Shown here: piece after piece, positions 22,631-38,361 of the stretch | How positions within the stretch are numbered: the stretch's first letter is position 1 | Layout of the letters: each line of letters opens with the position of its first letter | DNA from: Octopus bimaculoides | Lineage: Eukaryota | Direction of reading: 5' to 3' | Length of the DNA: 42,666 bases | Assembly: GCF_001194135.2 (NCBI RefSeq) | Contig: NC_068989.1 | Location: forward strand, 89,000,640 to 89,043,305 | Position numbers and translations under genes: made by a program | The notes under the pieces: model-generated | What the model saw: the letters and a program-made list of their open reading frames with translations, nothing else | What the model was told of the DNA's origin: nothing | Database searches by the model: none

Positions 22631-22880
22631 GATCTTTCGTTTGCATCACAGTTATGAAGTTCAGGATTCAAGTCGTCTGCACGGTGTCCCACTGCCAAAA
22701 GAATCTCGGGTCGACCCAAGCACATGCGAATGAAATCTGAGTCGATGGAAACTGAAAGGCATCTGTCGACTGTACCTGTAATCAAAATAGAGTTAAATTA
22801 GTCACGTTGTGTCACAAGGAGTCTGCCTGAGGATGACATAAACGATACAGGTGTCTACAGTGTACTCGGCCATTTAAACA
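22631..22880 (+). mobile_element. Decayed SINE with family A-like body and family C-like tail
   Basis: ctcgggtcgacccaagc...gatggaaactgaaag followed by gtgtcac...gatacaggtgtctacagtgtactcggcca. Confidence 0.45.
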
Positions 22881-22892
22881 GCATAATATAAG

Positions 22893-23032
22893 GAGTAAGT
22901 TCCGTTGAGGTCAACTTTGCCTTTCACCATTTCGGGATCGATAAAATAAATACCAGTTGAGTACTGGGGTTGATTTAATTGGCTTAGCCCCAAACCCCGA
23001 AATTGATGACCTTGGGCCAAAATTTGAAACCA
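22893..23032 (+). mobile_element. Family B SINE, 5'-truncated
   Basis: gaggtcaactttgcctttcaccatttcgggatcgataaaataaataccag...aaatttgaaacca. Confidence 0.85.
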
Positions 23033-24436
23033 AAGTAAGGAGTTAGTACCACTTATTTAGAATATATATATGTGTATCAGAGGTGACTCCGGGTCATCAG
23101 CGTCACTCGGGATCATCACAGATTTCGCGAAAGACACATGCCTGCTAGAAGAATTTCACGTTTTTTTCTGCAATATTTCTAGCCCCAAATGGCTTATTTT
23201 TTTATATCAAGCACAATGTCTTTCTTTATTTCTAAGATAAGGGTAAAAATAAAGCAACCCTGCAAAACACAACTGATCTTTACATAGAATAACATTTTAC
23301 ATAGAATAACAGCAATCACATAACGACAGCGGAGTGCACAACAAACATCAGCGATATGATTGTTGCCTGTACTCTTGACAAGAGATGCCAGTTAGTCTTT
23401 TACACATACCAGGCTCGTTCGTATTAGCCCGAGTTGCTGGATAATTTTTCGTTCCCTTTAAGAATATTGTAGAGCGGAAACTTTTCATAGATTGGAATTT
23501 AAATCCTAATCTCTATAGAAATTTATTGTTTCAAGAAAATATTGAATTTGAATTACTTTTAATTTTTACGATTATGGATAACAATTCGGGCTGTAACTTC
23601 TGAGCCCGAGTCAGGCGCGTGTGAACGATGTCGANNNNNNNNNNNNNNNNNNNNNNNNNNNNNNNNNNNNNNNNNNNNNNNNNNNNNNNNNNNNNNNNNN
23701 NNNNNNNNNNNNNNNNNNNNNNNNNNNNNNNNNNNNNNNNNNNNNNNNNNNNNNNNNNNNNNNNNNNNNNNNNNNNNNNNNNNNNNNNNNNNNNNNNNNN
23801 NNNNNNNNNNNNNNNNNNNNNNNNNNNNNNNNNNNNNNNNNNNNNNNNNNNNNNNNNNNNNNNNNNNNNNNNNNNNNNNNNNNNNNNNNNNNNNNNNNNN
23901 NNNNNNNNNNNNNNNNNNNNNNNNNNNNNNNNNNNNNNNNNNNNNNNNNNNNNNNNNNNNNNNNNNNNNNNNNNNNNNNNNNNNNNNNNNNNNNNNNNNN
24001 NNNNNNNNNNNNNNNNNNNNNNNNNNNNNNNNNNNNNNNNNNNNNNNNNNNNNNNNNNNNNNNNNNNNNNNNNNNNNNNNNNNNNNNNNNNNNNNNNNNN
24101 NNNNNNNNNNNNNNNNNNNNNNNNNNNNNNNNNNNNNNNNNNNNNNNNNNNNNNNNNNNNNNNNNNNNNNNNNNNNNNNNNNNNNNNNNNNNNNNNNNNN
24201 NNNNNNNNNNNNNNNNNNNNNNNNNNNNNNNNNNNNNNNNNNNNNNNNNNNNNNNNNNNNNNNNNNNNNNNNNNNNNNNNNNNNNNNNNNNNNNNNNNNN
24301 NNNNNNNNNNNNNNNNNNNNNNNNNNNNNNNNNNNNNNNNNNNNNNNNNNNNNNNNNNNNNNNNNNNNNNNNNNNNNNNNNNNNNNNNNNNNNNNNNNNN
24401 NNNNNNNNNNNNNNNNNNNNNNNNNNNNNNNNNNNN

Positions 24437-24618
24437 ATATATATATATATATACATATATACGACGGGCTTCTTTCAGTTTCCGTCTACCAAATCCACTC
24501 ACAAAGCTTTGGTCGGCCCGAGGCTATAGTAGAAGACAATTGCCCAAGGTGCCACGCAGTGGGACTGAACCCGGAACCATGTGGCTAGTAAGCAAGCTTC
24601 TTACCACACAGCCACTCC
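24437..24618 (-). mobile_element. Young family A SINE 5' half; internal microsatellite runs into gap
   Basis: acgacgggcttctttcagtttccgtctacc...tgcccaaggtgccacgcagtgggactgaacccggaacc...ttaccacacagccact. Confidence 0.93.
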
Positions 24619-24949
24619 AGCGTAATAATGTTTTCTAGATTTAGTGTTTTACAATGATATTGGTCCCGTCCGTGCACAAACTTCGATTTTCTAGGAAGAT
24701 AACTATGCCACACCATGAATGTTGGTGTTGATAAGACACACTCTAAAGACGGTGTAGCTTATGTTAGAGCTCTTTGGCAATTGGACAGCAATCATCTTCA
24801 TAGTCGCCATCTTCATCGTCGTCGTCGTTCTCCTCCTCCTCCAACTCTTTCTCTTCCACCATATCATCATCATTATCATCATCAACGTTGTCATCATCGT
24901 TATCATCATCATCACCATCAAGTGTCGTTAGCTTTCTGCAGTTTAAATG

Positions 24950-25095
24950 CCATCCTGCCCCTTATAACATTTCAATTTATTTTAAATCCGTCCAATTCTT
25001 GATGTTATCCACCAACGGAATTCTGGGACTTCCGTTTCCTCTTCCTCTTATCCCTTCCCTTTACCTTTTATTAATAGTCTCTGTAAAACATTTTT
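24950..25095 (-). pseudogene. RTE-clade LINE C-terminal remnant
   Basis: LQRLLIKGK / EGIRGRGNGSPRIPLVDNIKNWTD (frameshifted); same region as 2480-2752. Confidence 0.55.
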
Positions 25096-25128
25096 TCTAA
25101 TTAAGTCTGACAAGCAGAAATCGATAAT

Positions 25129-25163
<35 letters not shown>

Positions 25164-26176
25164 NNNNNNNNNNNNNNNNNNNNNNNNNNNNNNNNNNNNN
25201 NNNNNNNNNNNNNNNNNNNNNNNNNNNNNNNNNNNNNNNNNNNNNNNNNNNNNNNNNNNNNNNNNNNNNNNNNNNNNNNNNNNNNNNNNNNNNNNNNNNN
25301 NNNNNNNNNNNNNNNNNNNNNNNNNNNNNNNNNNNNNNNNNNNNNNNNNNNNNNNNNNNNNNNNNNNNNNNNNNNNNNNNNNNNNNNNNNNNNNNNNNNN
25401 NNNNNNNNNNNNNNNNNNNNNNNNNNNNNNNNNNNNNNNNNNNNNNNNNNNNNNNNNNNNNNNNNNNNNNNNNNNNNNNNNNNNNNNNNNNNNNNNNNNN
25501 NNNNNNNNNNNNNNNNNNNNNNNNNNNNNNNNNNNNNNNNNNNNNNNNNNNNNNNNNNNNTATATATATATATATATCAATTCATCAGGAGGTCGTTGTG
25601 GCAGTAACACAGAAAACAAAGAAGTGAAGCAATTCATTTGTAATGAAAGTGCATGTTGTGTTTTGGCGAGTGGATCTTTGCCAATGAAGGTAGCCCTCTT
25701 TCAGAAGTGGTATAGCTTTGGATGTATGCCAGAAGGACCGACACAGATGCATGAGATGTATGCAATAGTCTGTAGCTCTTTGTAAAGGATTAGTAACTAG
25801 TTAGGGTTTAAATATTTCTTGGGCCTAACACGAAAGCTCAGTCTTTGGCTATAGTGTCAGTGATATATATATATATGTATTTATGTATTTACATAGCTGT
25901 GTGTGTATTCATTCATACACAGGATTTAAATGTGGGACTCTATTAGTTTCATGCTTCTGATAGAATAATGGTCGGACAGGTCACGCCATACCAGCTTGTT
26001 CGTCTGTCGTATTTTCAGAGACAAGAAACTAGTAACAGGTCGCGTTTAAATTCTGAGTATATTAAATGATATTTATCTCACACTGGGTGGAGTGCATTTA
26101 TGCTGTGTTCTTCAATAACGGAACAGTGCACTATGCATGTGTGTGTGTGTGTGTTTGTGTGTATGTGTGTGTGTGT

Positions 26177-26320
26177 GAGGCAGTGATTTGGCAGAGTCGT
26201 TAGAATATCAGAATAACTTTTGGTCATTCGTTCCGGTTTCTTCGTTCTGAGTTCAATTCTCACCAAAGTAATATTGACTTCTCACCTTTTTCGAGTCGAT
26301 ACATAAAGCACTAATTCCTG
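26177..26320 (+). mobile_element. Family B SINE, highly decayed
   Basis: gaggcagtgatttggcagagtcgttag...cgttctgagttcaattc...gagtcgata. Confidence 0.55.
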
Positions 26321-26419
26321 GAAGTGGATTTTGGCAGAACCGCTGGACCCTCAAATCACATTCTACTATCTTCAAAAACAAAAGGAAAAAACAACATGGA
26401 GAATGTAAGCTTGGCTACT

Positions 26420-26540
26420 ACAAAAAAAAGACGAGATGGTCACTGATAGAACACCTTTGATCTCAAATTTGTTCAACCATGTTCACTTGGTGGGTGGAAC
26501 ATAAACAATAACAAGAGCAACAACAACAACAACAGCATCC
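26420..26540 (+). mobile_element. Family D tail with (AAC)n
   Basis: gagatggtcactgatagaacacctttgatc...aaacaataacaagagcaacaacaac. Confidence 0.5.
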
Positions 26541-26565
26541 AGTTTTATGTAAAATAGTAATTCAT

Positions 26566-27019
26566 ATTTATTTCGTTATTGCCCACAGGGGGCTAAACAT
26601 AGAGGGGACAAACAAGGACAGACAAAGGTATTAAGTCGATTACATCGACCCCAGTGCGTAACTGGTACTTATTTAATCGACCCCGAAAGGATGAAAGGCA
26701 AAGTCGACCTCGGCGGAATTTGAACTCAGAACGTAAAGACAGACGAAATACCGTTAAGCATTTCGCCCGGCGTGCTAACGTTTCTTATTTCTTTATTGCC
26801 CACAAGGGGCTAAACATAGAGGGGAAAAACAAGGACAGACAAAGGGATTAAGTCGATTACATCGACCCCCAGTGCGTAAGTGGTACTTAATTTATCGACC
26901 CCGAAAGGATGAAAGTCAAAGTCGACCTCGGTGGAATTTGAAGTCAGAACGTAAAGACAGACAAAATACCGCTAACTATTTCGCCCGGCGTGCTCACGTT
27001 TCTGCCAGCTCGTCGCTTT
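26566..27019 (-). mobile_element. Head-to-tail dimer of young family B SINEs
   Basis: Units 26566-26784 and 26785-27019 with about 15 differences in about 207 nt by eye; alternative tail ttgcccacaaggggctaaacatagagggg. Confidence 0.93.
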
Positions 27020-28539
27020 TAAACAGTAACTTTTATTGCCTGTATTGGGATTTGTATTCACAAATTTATGCTACGTTGGAACCCATTGACATAACTAAAA
27101 CGGGGGCATGGGAAGCAACCTCTCCCCCACTGAGCTCACTTTTCGAAATTGCTACCTTTTCAACAATTCTTTTAAAACTCTGTACTTCACTCGTGTGATA
27201 GAAGTCGAATCTCTTATATTTTTGTGTTGTTAATCGCATGTCCTTGGAAGGAGTTTCTGGAGACATTACTTTATTTGACCAACTTCCTGTTTTTTTAATG
27301 AATTGTCAGCCCAGTTTCCCGTGATGTATTGGTGGCCGCTGACACCCGAGAAACCAGAACAAACCCTGACATACGTAACCTATCATACTTTGACCATACT
27401 TGACATGTAAACCTCCTAGTTATTTTGCTCCCTAAGGCTCTACAATTGCCTCTCTTTCTTCAGGTAGAAAACTTCATCTCAAGGCGCATCATTGGAGAGT
27501 AGGAACGTGAAACTTTATCCAAATTCTATTTTAATAAACTCTGGTGCACTCCAAGATTCAGTAATATCTCCCGTACTCTTCTTTCTGTGAAAGTGAAACG
27601 TACGCCCTCACACTTTTAACAACACAAGCACACTCACATACACACGCACAAACACAGGCACAAACACACACGTACAAATACACACATGCAAACACATACA
27701 CTCACTTCTATGCGAATGATACAAATCTCGAAGCCTAAAATATTCACTATTAGTTTTATACCAATCATTATTGGTGCAACAGGATACGTACCAATCCACC
27801 TGGAGCGAAGCAAGGCGGAATTTGTGTTCTTGGGTAGAGAATGCAAGCTTATAGTTCATACGCTACAAATGATCACGACATTTGGGAAAATAAAAACCTG
27901 CAAGATCTTTTTAAGATTGAAAGAATGAGCAAAGCAAATACTTTCCTGCACAACCTTATTTATTACCAAGCAGGCGGTCCAGTTAAATTTAACTCTAAAT
28001 TAAAGAGAAGAATGCATGCATACATACATGTATGTATGTATGTATGTATATGCATGCATATATACATGTTACTATATTTGAATTTTGCGAGATGGAACGA
28101 GGCAAAGACGGACAAACATAGATATTTGCATCTATCTGTTTTATAGATAACTGCTCCGCCACCACCACACAAGCTCACACAGACATACGATCATCAAAAC
28201 ACACATACAAGAACCAGCACACACGCACACACGCACACACGCACGCACATACGCTCACACATACACACACAATACACACACAAGTACACGACTACAAAGC
28301 TTCTCAATACAAACTGGCTAAACATAACTATTAGACAAACGATATCCCGTCATTTCGCTATTCCATTATTCCAGTAATTCAATATTCCGCAACACCACTA
28401 TTCTTCTATTCGGGGGTTGAGCATACATTTTCTTCATGTTTTCCCCTTCATTTAACTTTTATCACATTATCCCAACTATTTCTTTTATATAGAAGCGGTG
28501 ATTGTGGTGGTGATGGTGATGGTAATATTGTTGATGTTA

Positions 28540-28555
28540 TTGTTTGTGATGATGA

Positions 28556-28589
<34 letters not shown>

Positions 28590-28720
28590 GGTAGTGGTGG
28601 TGGTGGTGGTCGTCGTCGTCGTCTGACGTTGGTGGGAATGATAGTGAAGTATGTGGTGGTGGTGTATACGGTGGAAGTGGTGGTGGCTATCGTGGTGGTG
28701 GTCATGGTCGTAGTGGAAGA
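28540..28720. repeat. Compound (GAT)n(GGT)n(CGT)n and degenerate GGT tract
   Basis: Direct reading. Confidence 0.9.
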
Positions 28721-29167
28721 GGTAAGAGACAAATGAGGAAGAAGTGAAAAAGGAGGTGAAAGAGAAAGAGTATAAGCGAGAGAGAGAGAGAGAGAGAGGA
28801 GGAGGAGGAGGAGACATAAAGAAAGAGAAGAGAAAGAGAAAAAAGAGAAAGAAATAAGGAAAGGGGGTGAGAGGGGGAGGCATAAGGCCTGAGAAAAGTA
28901 GAAAGAGAAAAAGAGAAAGAAATAAGAAAAGGCAGAGACGCGGGAAAAGAAAAGAGATATTGTGGAGATCGTCTGCTTGTCAAAATCACATACGTAAAAC
29001 ACACATACACATTCAAAACAAGTAAAACTCAAACACACACACACTCACGCACACACACACACACACAAACGCGTACGCACACGCTCACACATATACACAA
29101 CATATATATGTATATATTCAAAGTACGGACGCATACAAACACATTTACACACACAAATACACATAAA

Positions 29168-29211
<44 letters not shown>

Positions 29212-29744
29212 TACACACAGACGCACAGACACATACATGCAGAAACACACAACGTAGACATATATTTGCACACATGCGAATACGCAAATTACATAAATGC
29301 GAGTGTGTGCATTTATAGATGATTGTTCAAAAGTTGTTGCATGTGTGTGCGTGTGTATGTGTGTGTGTGTGTACGTACACATTCATGCACACTCACACAC
29401 GTACTTATACAAAGATACAGATAGAGAGACAGATGTACAGAGAGAGAAAGAGAGAGGGAGAGAGACTTTGTATGGAAGTAGTTCCGGATGGAGCAACGAG
29501 TAAAAAATGCTTTAAATTAAGTGGTGCATGAAGAAAAATGCAATAGTTGTGAAGTGTCAGATGTGATATATTGTTATTTGTGTGACTTGGCTGACTGACG
29601 CAGACTGGTTGATTACAGTTAGACAAACAGACAGACATATATTACATATGCAGATATGCAGATATGCAGATATATGTATGTATGTATGTATGTATGCATG
29701 TATGTATATACAGAGAGAAAGAGAGAGACATACATACAGAATCA

Positions 29745-29836
29745 GCCAGCCAGCCAGCCAGACAGACAGACAGACAGATAGCTAGCTAGCTAGCTAGCTA
29801 GATAGATAGATAGCTAGATAGATAGATAGATAGATA
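29745..29836. repeat. Compound (CCAG)(ACAG)(CTAG)(ATAG) tetranucleotide array
   Basis: Direct reading. Confidence 0.95.
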
Positions 29837-30544
29837 CGTCAGCAGAAGTGACAGAGTCACTCAAGGGTCGAGAGTTTCGTGCATTGTTACTTATCAAACT
29901 TTTGATTAATAATGTATGTATATATATATGTATGNNNNNNNNNNNNNNNNNNNNNNNNNNNNNNNNNNNNNNNNNNNNNNNNNNNNNNNNNNNNNNNNNN
30001 NNNNNNNNNNNNNNNNNNNNNNNNNNNNNNNNNNNNNNNNNNNNNNNNNNNNNNNNNNNNNNNNNNNNNNNNNNNNNNNNNNNNNNNNNNNNNNNNNNNN
30101 NNNNNNNNNNNNNNNNNNNNNNNNNNNNNNNNNNNNNNNNNNNNNNNNNNNNNNNNNNNNNNNNNNNNNNNNNNNNNNNNNNNNNNNNNNNNNNNNNNNN
30201 NNNNNNNNNNNNNNNNNNNNNNNNNNNNNNNNNNNNNNNNNNNNNNNNNNNNNNNNNNNNNNNNNNNNNNNNNNNNNNNNNNNNNNNNNNNNNNNNNNNN
30301 NNNNNNNNNNNNNNNNNNNNNNNNNNNNNNNNNNNNNNNNNNNNNNNNNNNNNNNNNNNNNNNNNNNNNNNNNNNNNNNNNNNNNNNNNNNNNNNNNNNN
30401 NNNNNNNNNNNNNNNNNNNNNNNNNNNNNNNNNNNNNNNNNNNNNNNNNNNNNNNNNNNNNNNNNNNNNNNNNNNNNNNNNNNNNNNNNNNNNNNNNNNN
30501 NNNNNNNNNNNNNNNNNNNNNNNNNNNNNNNNNNNNNNCATATA

Positions 30545-31420
30545 TATATACTACATATGTGAGAAATTCTGTTTGTGGAGTTGTTAGCTAACTCTTCCTA
30601 CATCGTTTTATCGATTTTGATGAAACTTGACATGTGAGTAGAACTCATGTCTGGAAACCGCATGGCATACACAGATTGTTGGAAAAAAATCGATAATAGG
30701 TCCCCTGGAAGGGATCATTATATATCTCATATATTTTATTTTAAAAACCAAGGGAAATAACACATTCGCCCCTGGAAGGGATCCTTATATAACCCATTCA
30801 TTTTCCTAAACTATTTGATATAAATCAAATTGAGTATGCTTATTTCTTAGTATTTGAACTGTTAGAGTTATTTTCGCATGTTATCCAATGCAACCCTTGA
30901 ACAAGTAAGTAGTATTTTCCTTAACAATAGATCCACTTATTTTGGTTTGTGACTTATTCACGAATATACCAACACTAGCGTCACTGAGGGTTATATTCTC
31001 TGAAACCCACAAAAACTCTTTTCAGAGTTATTTACATTGAATTGTTATTATCTCATATCTGATTAGCCTGTTATTACGTAACATGCTTCACGATTTTAGT
31101 ATACATACCTTATTAATATTTCGTCCTATGTTCTAAATACTCTTGGAATGCATTAAAGCCCTTTTCGGTGCTACTTTATTTGAATTCTCACTATTGGGTA
31201 ACTAATTTCATGTTATTATAATAACTGACTTCACAATTTGGGTATTCATAACTCATTGGGAATTCCTAAAAACAAGATCCTGTTCGGTATTCTCTGTAAA
31301 TGCACAAAAACTGTTTTAAGGGCTACATACTTTGTATTGTTGCTATTGGATTGGCGAAACAATTATGAGAACGGAATCAAGGGATAAGCCCCGCTTTCCG
31401 GGGAATTACCGGGTACGTCA
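30545..31420 (+). mobile_element. Possible non-autonomous Helitron/HINE-like element
   Basis: 5' aactcttcctacatcgttttatcgattttgatgaaacttg motif, duplicated cccctggaagggatc, 3' GC hairpin ccccgctttccgggg before atagt; resemblance by eye only. Confidence 0.3.
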
Positions 31421-32139
31421 TCAGATAGTATATATATATATACACATGCATACATACATGCATACATATCTATATACATTTATACACACACACATATACA
31501 CGCAGATAAATATATAGAAAGTAGAGATATATAATATATAGAAACAAAAACACTGTCAGGGTGGCGGCGGATTAAAAACAGAGAAGCCTAGTACAATCCT
31601 TTACGAAATTTAAATGCCTACAGAGTTTACATTTTAACGGTTACTTATAACTTGCAAAACGTTTTCGAGAGAACACCACATCCGTATGTAGATTCAGCAG
31701 AGTGCATAATGTAACCGAGACTCAATTGCTATGTTTTAATGAACTTGAACACGGCTGTGGAATTCAGGTTAAATACCTTGGAAGTTGTTAGTAACCTTGA
31801 AATGAAAACTACTACACACGGCCGTAAAACGCGATACATACATACATACATACATTGGGGTGCTCCGCTTCAAATTTTATGTGTTCATCGATGTTATTTG
31901 TTTGACAAGTGTTTTGGCTTGGAACTCTAGGCCCTTAAGTCACTTCATTAGCAATCTCAGCTAATAAAAAATGATACCCACATGGTGGACTCTCCTCTTG
32001 TAGTCGACAGATGGAGACTCTATAATTATTTGCTGAGCAACCTACACAAATGATTTGCTTACAGTGCTCAAATATATGTGTTGTACATTAGCTTACAATC
32101 TCCATCAAATCAACATTACCTGTACAGGCGCACGGTGTG

Positions 32140-32250
32140 CCACATGTCAGAGCAACGTAAAACCGTGTTTTGCTCAAGAATACAACGCACAGTCCGGTCT
32201 GAGAATCGAAATCACGATCTTGCCCTCGCGGTGTTATCAGCCCTACATAT
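32140..32250 (-). mobile_element. Family C SINE 5' fragment, decayed
   Basis: gagcaacgtaaaaccgtgttttgctcaagaatacaacgc...gagaatcgaaatcacgatc. Confidence 0.65.
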
Positions 32251-32279
32251 GCAGACTTGATCCATGACAAGACTTCGAC

Positions 32280-32530
32280 GTTTGGTCGTTAGTAAACGTG
32301 GTCGAACGGATATGATGAGGCATTCAAAGGCTTTTTGACTCGATGTTAAGCCTCCGTCGTTGTTTCCGTCTTAAAAAAAACAATCAACAATTATCATTGC
32401 TGTTCATGAGGAAATTTCTTGGACGGGTTAAAAATTTTCAGTGTTTAATATCAATAGTTCGGAGCGTCAAATCGCGTGATGCAAATGTTGGTATAAGCAC
32501 TGGTACAGCAAACACATTGTGGGTTATCGA
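32280..32530 (+). pseudogene. Possible mariner HTH-region remnant
   Basis: YDEAFKG and DANVGISTGTANTL resemble WY..FK.G and EEVGISTGSVHTIL; heavily decayed. Confidence 0.35.
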
Positions 32531-32939
32531 TCTATTGCATGCGGAAAGTTCCTAGGACCATATTTTGTTTACCCTGATGTAACTCTTTCTTTATCACAGG
32601 TTCCATCATAGGAAATATATTTTTTAAATCTCTTTTTAAGTGCATGTAGCAATCTTCATCAGATATCGGAGAAATATATGCACAAAAACATACGAACAAT
32701 CGCATCAATACTAAGAGACAGGACAGCTAAATATATGGATAAAAAACTGAATACCAACAGACAGACAGACGGTCTAGGAGAGAGTCGCGCCATCAGACGA
32801 TGTTAAGAAAGCAATCATTTGACTCGAGTATAATACTGTCTCGACGAGGTCAAGCGACTGCATCGCCCTCTGGCCAAATCGATAATGATTGTCCGCCTTG
32901 ACTTGTTATGTTCGTCTGTCTCCTTAACATCATTCACGA

Positions 32940-35320
<2,381 letters not shown>

Positions 35321-36751
35321 ACCTCACTTCTCCAAGCCGGTTAAATCTGTCAAACTACCTAAGCAGAACACAACACTGCAGACGATGATGCAAGCAAAGG
35401 ATGCACCGATAGCAAGAGAAGGGACTTAAAATCATTTGTTATAGAATAGAATGCAGTTGTTGATGTTGTTGTCAGAAGGGGAGAAGCTATCGTCTGCTCC
35501 ACTGGAATTTTTTCCCGGTGACTCTGTCTATATATATGTATGTTATGTCGAGTAGCAGACGACATGGTTTCATAAACTGCAGACGGAGCGCACGAGGGGT
35601 GGGAGGCAACAAACTGCTATGATGTATGCATANNNNNNNNNNGGTGGGAGGCAACAAACTGCTATGATGTATGCATAGATGTGTGTGTGTGTGTGTGTGT
35701 GTGTGATTTTGAGAATATGCAAGTAGTATGCATATGTATGCATACATAAGTGCATACAACATATGTGAGTATGTATGTATGAGTATGCAAATATCTCTGC
35801 GCATGCATGTGTATATGTACACATAAAGGAGAAAGCTGCTTATTAATTAGTTAAAATTATGTAACTTTTACTAAAAGAAAGCAATTATTGAAGTCGCCAC
35901 TGTATATATATATATATNNNNNNNNNNNNNNNNNNNNNNNNNNNNNNNNNNNNNNNNNNNNNNNNNNNNNNNNNNNNNNNNNNNNNNNNNNNNNNNNNNN
36001 NNNNNNNNNNNNNNNNNNNNNNNNNNNNNNNNNNNNNNNNNNNNNNNNNNNNNNNNNNNNNNNNNNNNNNNNNNNNNNNNNNNNNNNNNNNNNNNNNNNN
36101 NNNNNNNNNNNNNNNNNNNNNNNNNNNNNNNNNNNNNNNNNNNNNNNNNNNNNNNNNNNNNNNNNNNNNNNNNNNNNNNNNNNNNNNNNNNNNNNNNNNN
36201 NNNNNNNNNNNNNNNNNNNNNNNNNNNNNNNNNNNNNNNNNNNNNNNNNNNNNNNNNNNNNNNNNNNNNNNNNNNNNNNNNNNNNNNNNNNNNNNNNNNN
36301 NNNNNNNNNNNNNNNNNNNNNNNNNNNNNNNNNNNNNNNNNNNNNNNNNNNNNNNNNNNNNNNNNNNNNNNNNNNNNNNNNNNNNNNNNNNNNNNNNNNN
36401 NNNNNNNNNNNNNNNNNNNNNNNNNNNNNNNNNNNNNNNNNNNNNNNNNNNNNNNNNNNNNNNNNNNNNNNNNNNNNNNNNNNNNNNNNNNNNNNNNNNN
36501 NNNNNNNNNNNNNNNNNNNNNNNNNNNNNNNNNNNNNNNNNNNNNNNNNNNNNNNNNNNNNNNNNNNNNNNNNNNNNNNNNNNNNNNNNNNNNNNNNNNN
36601 NNNNNNNNNNNNNNNNNNNNNNNNNNNNNNNNNNNNNNNNNNNNNNNNNNNNNNNNNNNNNNNNNNNNNNNNNNNNNNNNNNNNNNNNNNNNNNNNNNNN
36701 NNNNNNNNNNNNNNNNNNNNNNNNNNNNNNNNNNNNNNNNNNNNNNNNNNN

Positions 36752-36795
<44 letters not shown>

Positions 36796-36840
36796 GTATT
36801 TGCTGTTTTGTTTGGTCTACTTTTAGTAATATAGTGTTCG

Positions 36841-37124
36841 CAGTTAGTAGCTCTCAGTTAGTAGCTCTCAGTTAGTAGCTCTCAGTTAGTAGCTCTCAGT
36901 TAGTAGCTCTCAGTTAGTAGCCCTCAGTTAGTAGCCCTCAGTTAGTAGCCCTCAGTTAGTAGCTCTCAGTTAGTAGCTCTCAGTTAGTAGCTCTCAGTTA
37001 GTAGCTCTCAGCTAGTAGCTCTCAGTTAGTAGCTCTCAGTTAGTAGCTCTCAGTTAGTAGCTCGCAGTTAGTAGCTCTCAGTTAGTAGCTCTCAGCTAGT
37101 AGCTCGCAGTTAGTAGCTCTCAGT
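36841..37124. repeat. 14-bp minisatellite (CAGTTAGTAGCTCT)x20
   Basis: 20 full units plus cagt; variant units 6-8 (ccct), 13 and 19 (cagct), 16 and 19 (ctcg). Confidence 0.97.
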
Positions 37125-37248
37125 GTCGAATACCCAGGCTTTCCCTTTCCTCAAGGTGGGTTAGACGAGAGATCTGTCTTCCTGAACAAATGTGAATTTC
37201 AACGGAGAAACTTCCAGTAGCTGCCTGCATAGACAAAATAACAATGAA

Positions 37249-37379
37249 GGTTTCAAATTTTGGCACAAGGCCAGCAAGTTCAGGAAAGAAGTTTGACCGG
37301 TACTTATTTTATCGATCACAAAAGAATGAAAAGCAAAGTCGACCTCGTCGGAATTTGAACTCAGAACGCAAAGACGGAC
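37249..37379 (-). mobile_element. Family B SINE with deletions
   Basis: tttcaaattttggcacaaggccagc...gtacttattttatcga...gtcgacctcgtcggaatttgaactcagaacg. Confidence 0.85.
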
Positions 37380-38327
37380 ACCGCCACCAACAACAACACT
37401 TAAGAATATATAACGAGTGTTTGTGTTTATGTTTGTGCGTGCGCGTGTGTTTGCGCACACACACATACACATACACACACACATATATACACATACATAC
37501 ATATGTATGTATGCATGTCTACATATATGTATGCATGTATGTATGTATGTATGTATGTATGTATGTATGTATGTATGTATGTATCTATCTGTCTGTCTGT
37601 CTCTCTCTCTCTCTCTNNNNNNNNNNNNNNNNNNNNNNNNNNNNNNNNNNNNNNNNNNNNNNNNNNNNNNNNNNNNNNNNNNNNNNNNNNNNNNNNNNNN
37701 NNNNNNNNNNNNNNNNNNNNNNNNNNNNNNNNNNNNNNNNNNNNNNNNNNNNNNNNNNNNNNNNNNNNNNNNNNNNNNNNNNNNNNNNNNNNNNNNNNNN
37801 NNNNNNNNNNNNNNNNNNNNNNNNNNNNNNNNNNNNNNNNNNNNNNNNNNNNNNNNNNNNNNNNNNNNNNNNNNNNNNNNNNNNNNNNNNNNNNNNNNNN
37901 NNNNNNNNNNNNNNNNNNNNNNNNNNNNNNNNNNNNNNNNNNNNNNNNNNNNNNNNNNNNNNNNNNNNNNNNNNNNNNNNNNNNNNNNNNNNNNNNNNNN
38001 NNNNNNNNNNNNNNNNNNNNNNNNNNNNNNNNNNNNNNNNNNNNNNNNNNNNNNNNNNNNNNNNNNNNNNNNNNNNNNNNNNNNNNNNNNNNNNNNNNNN
38101 NNNNNNNNNNNNNNNNNNNNNNNNNNNNNNNNNNNNNNNNNNNNNNNNNNNNNNNNNNNNNNNNNNNNNNNNNNNNNNNNNNNNNNNNNNNNNNNNNNNN
38201 NNNNNNNNNNNNNNNNNNNNNNNNNNNNNNNNNNNNNNNNNNNNNNNNNNNNNNNNNNNNNNNNNNNNNNNNNNNNNNNNNNNNNNNNNNNNNNNNNNNN
38301 NNNNNNNNNNNNNNNNNNNNNNNNNNN

Positions 38328-38361
<34 letters not shown>

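Noticed and set aside
27066-27266. ORF containing LSGGE (ABC signature-like)
   Set aside because: No Walker motifs or correct context and no clear splice sites.
35598-35677. 35-bp direct repeat
   Set aside because: Identical copies flank a 10-N gap; this is unmerged contig overlap.
36841-37124. CRISPR-like array
   Set aside because: Contiguous units with no unique spacers, in a eukaryotic context.
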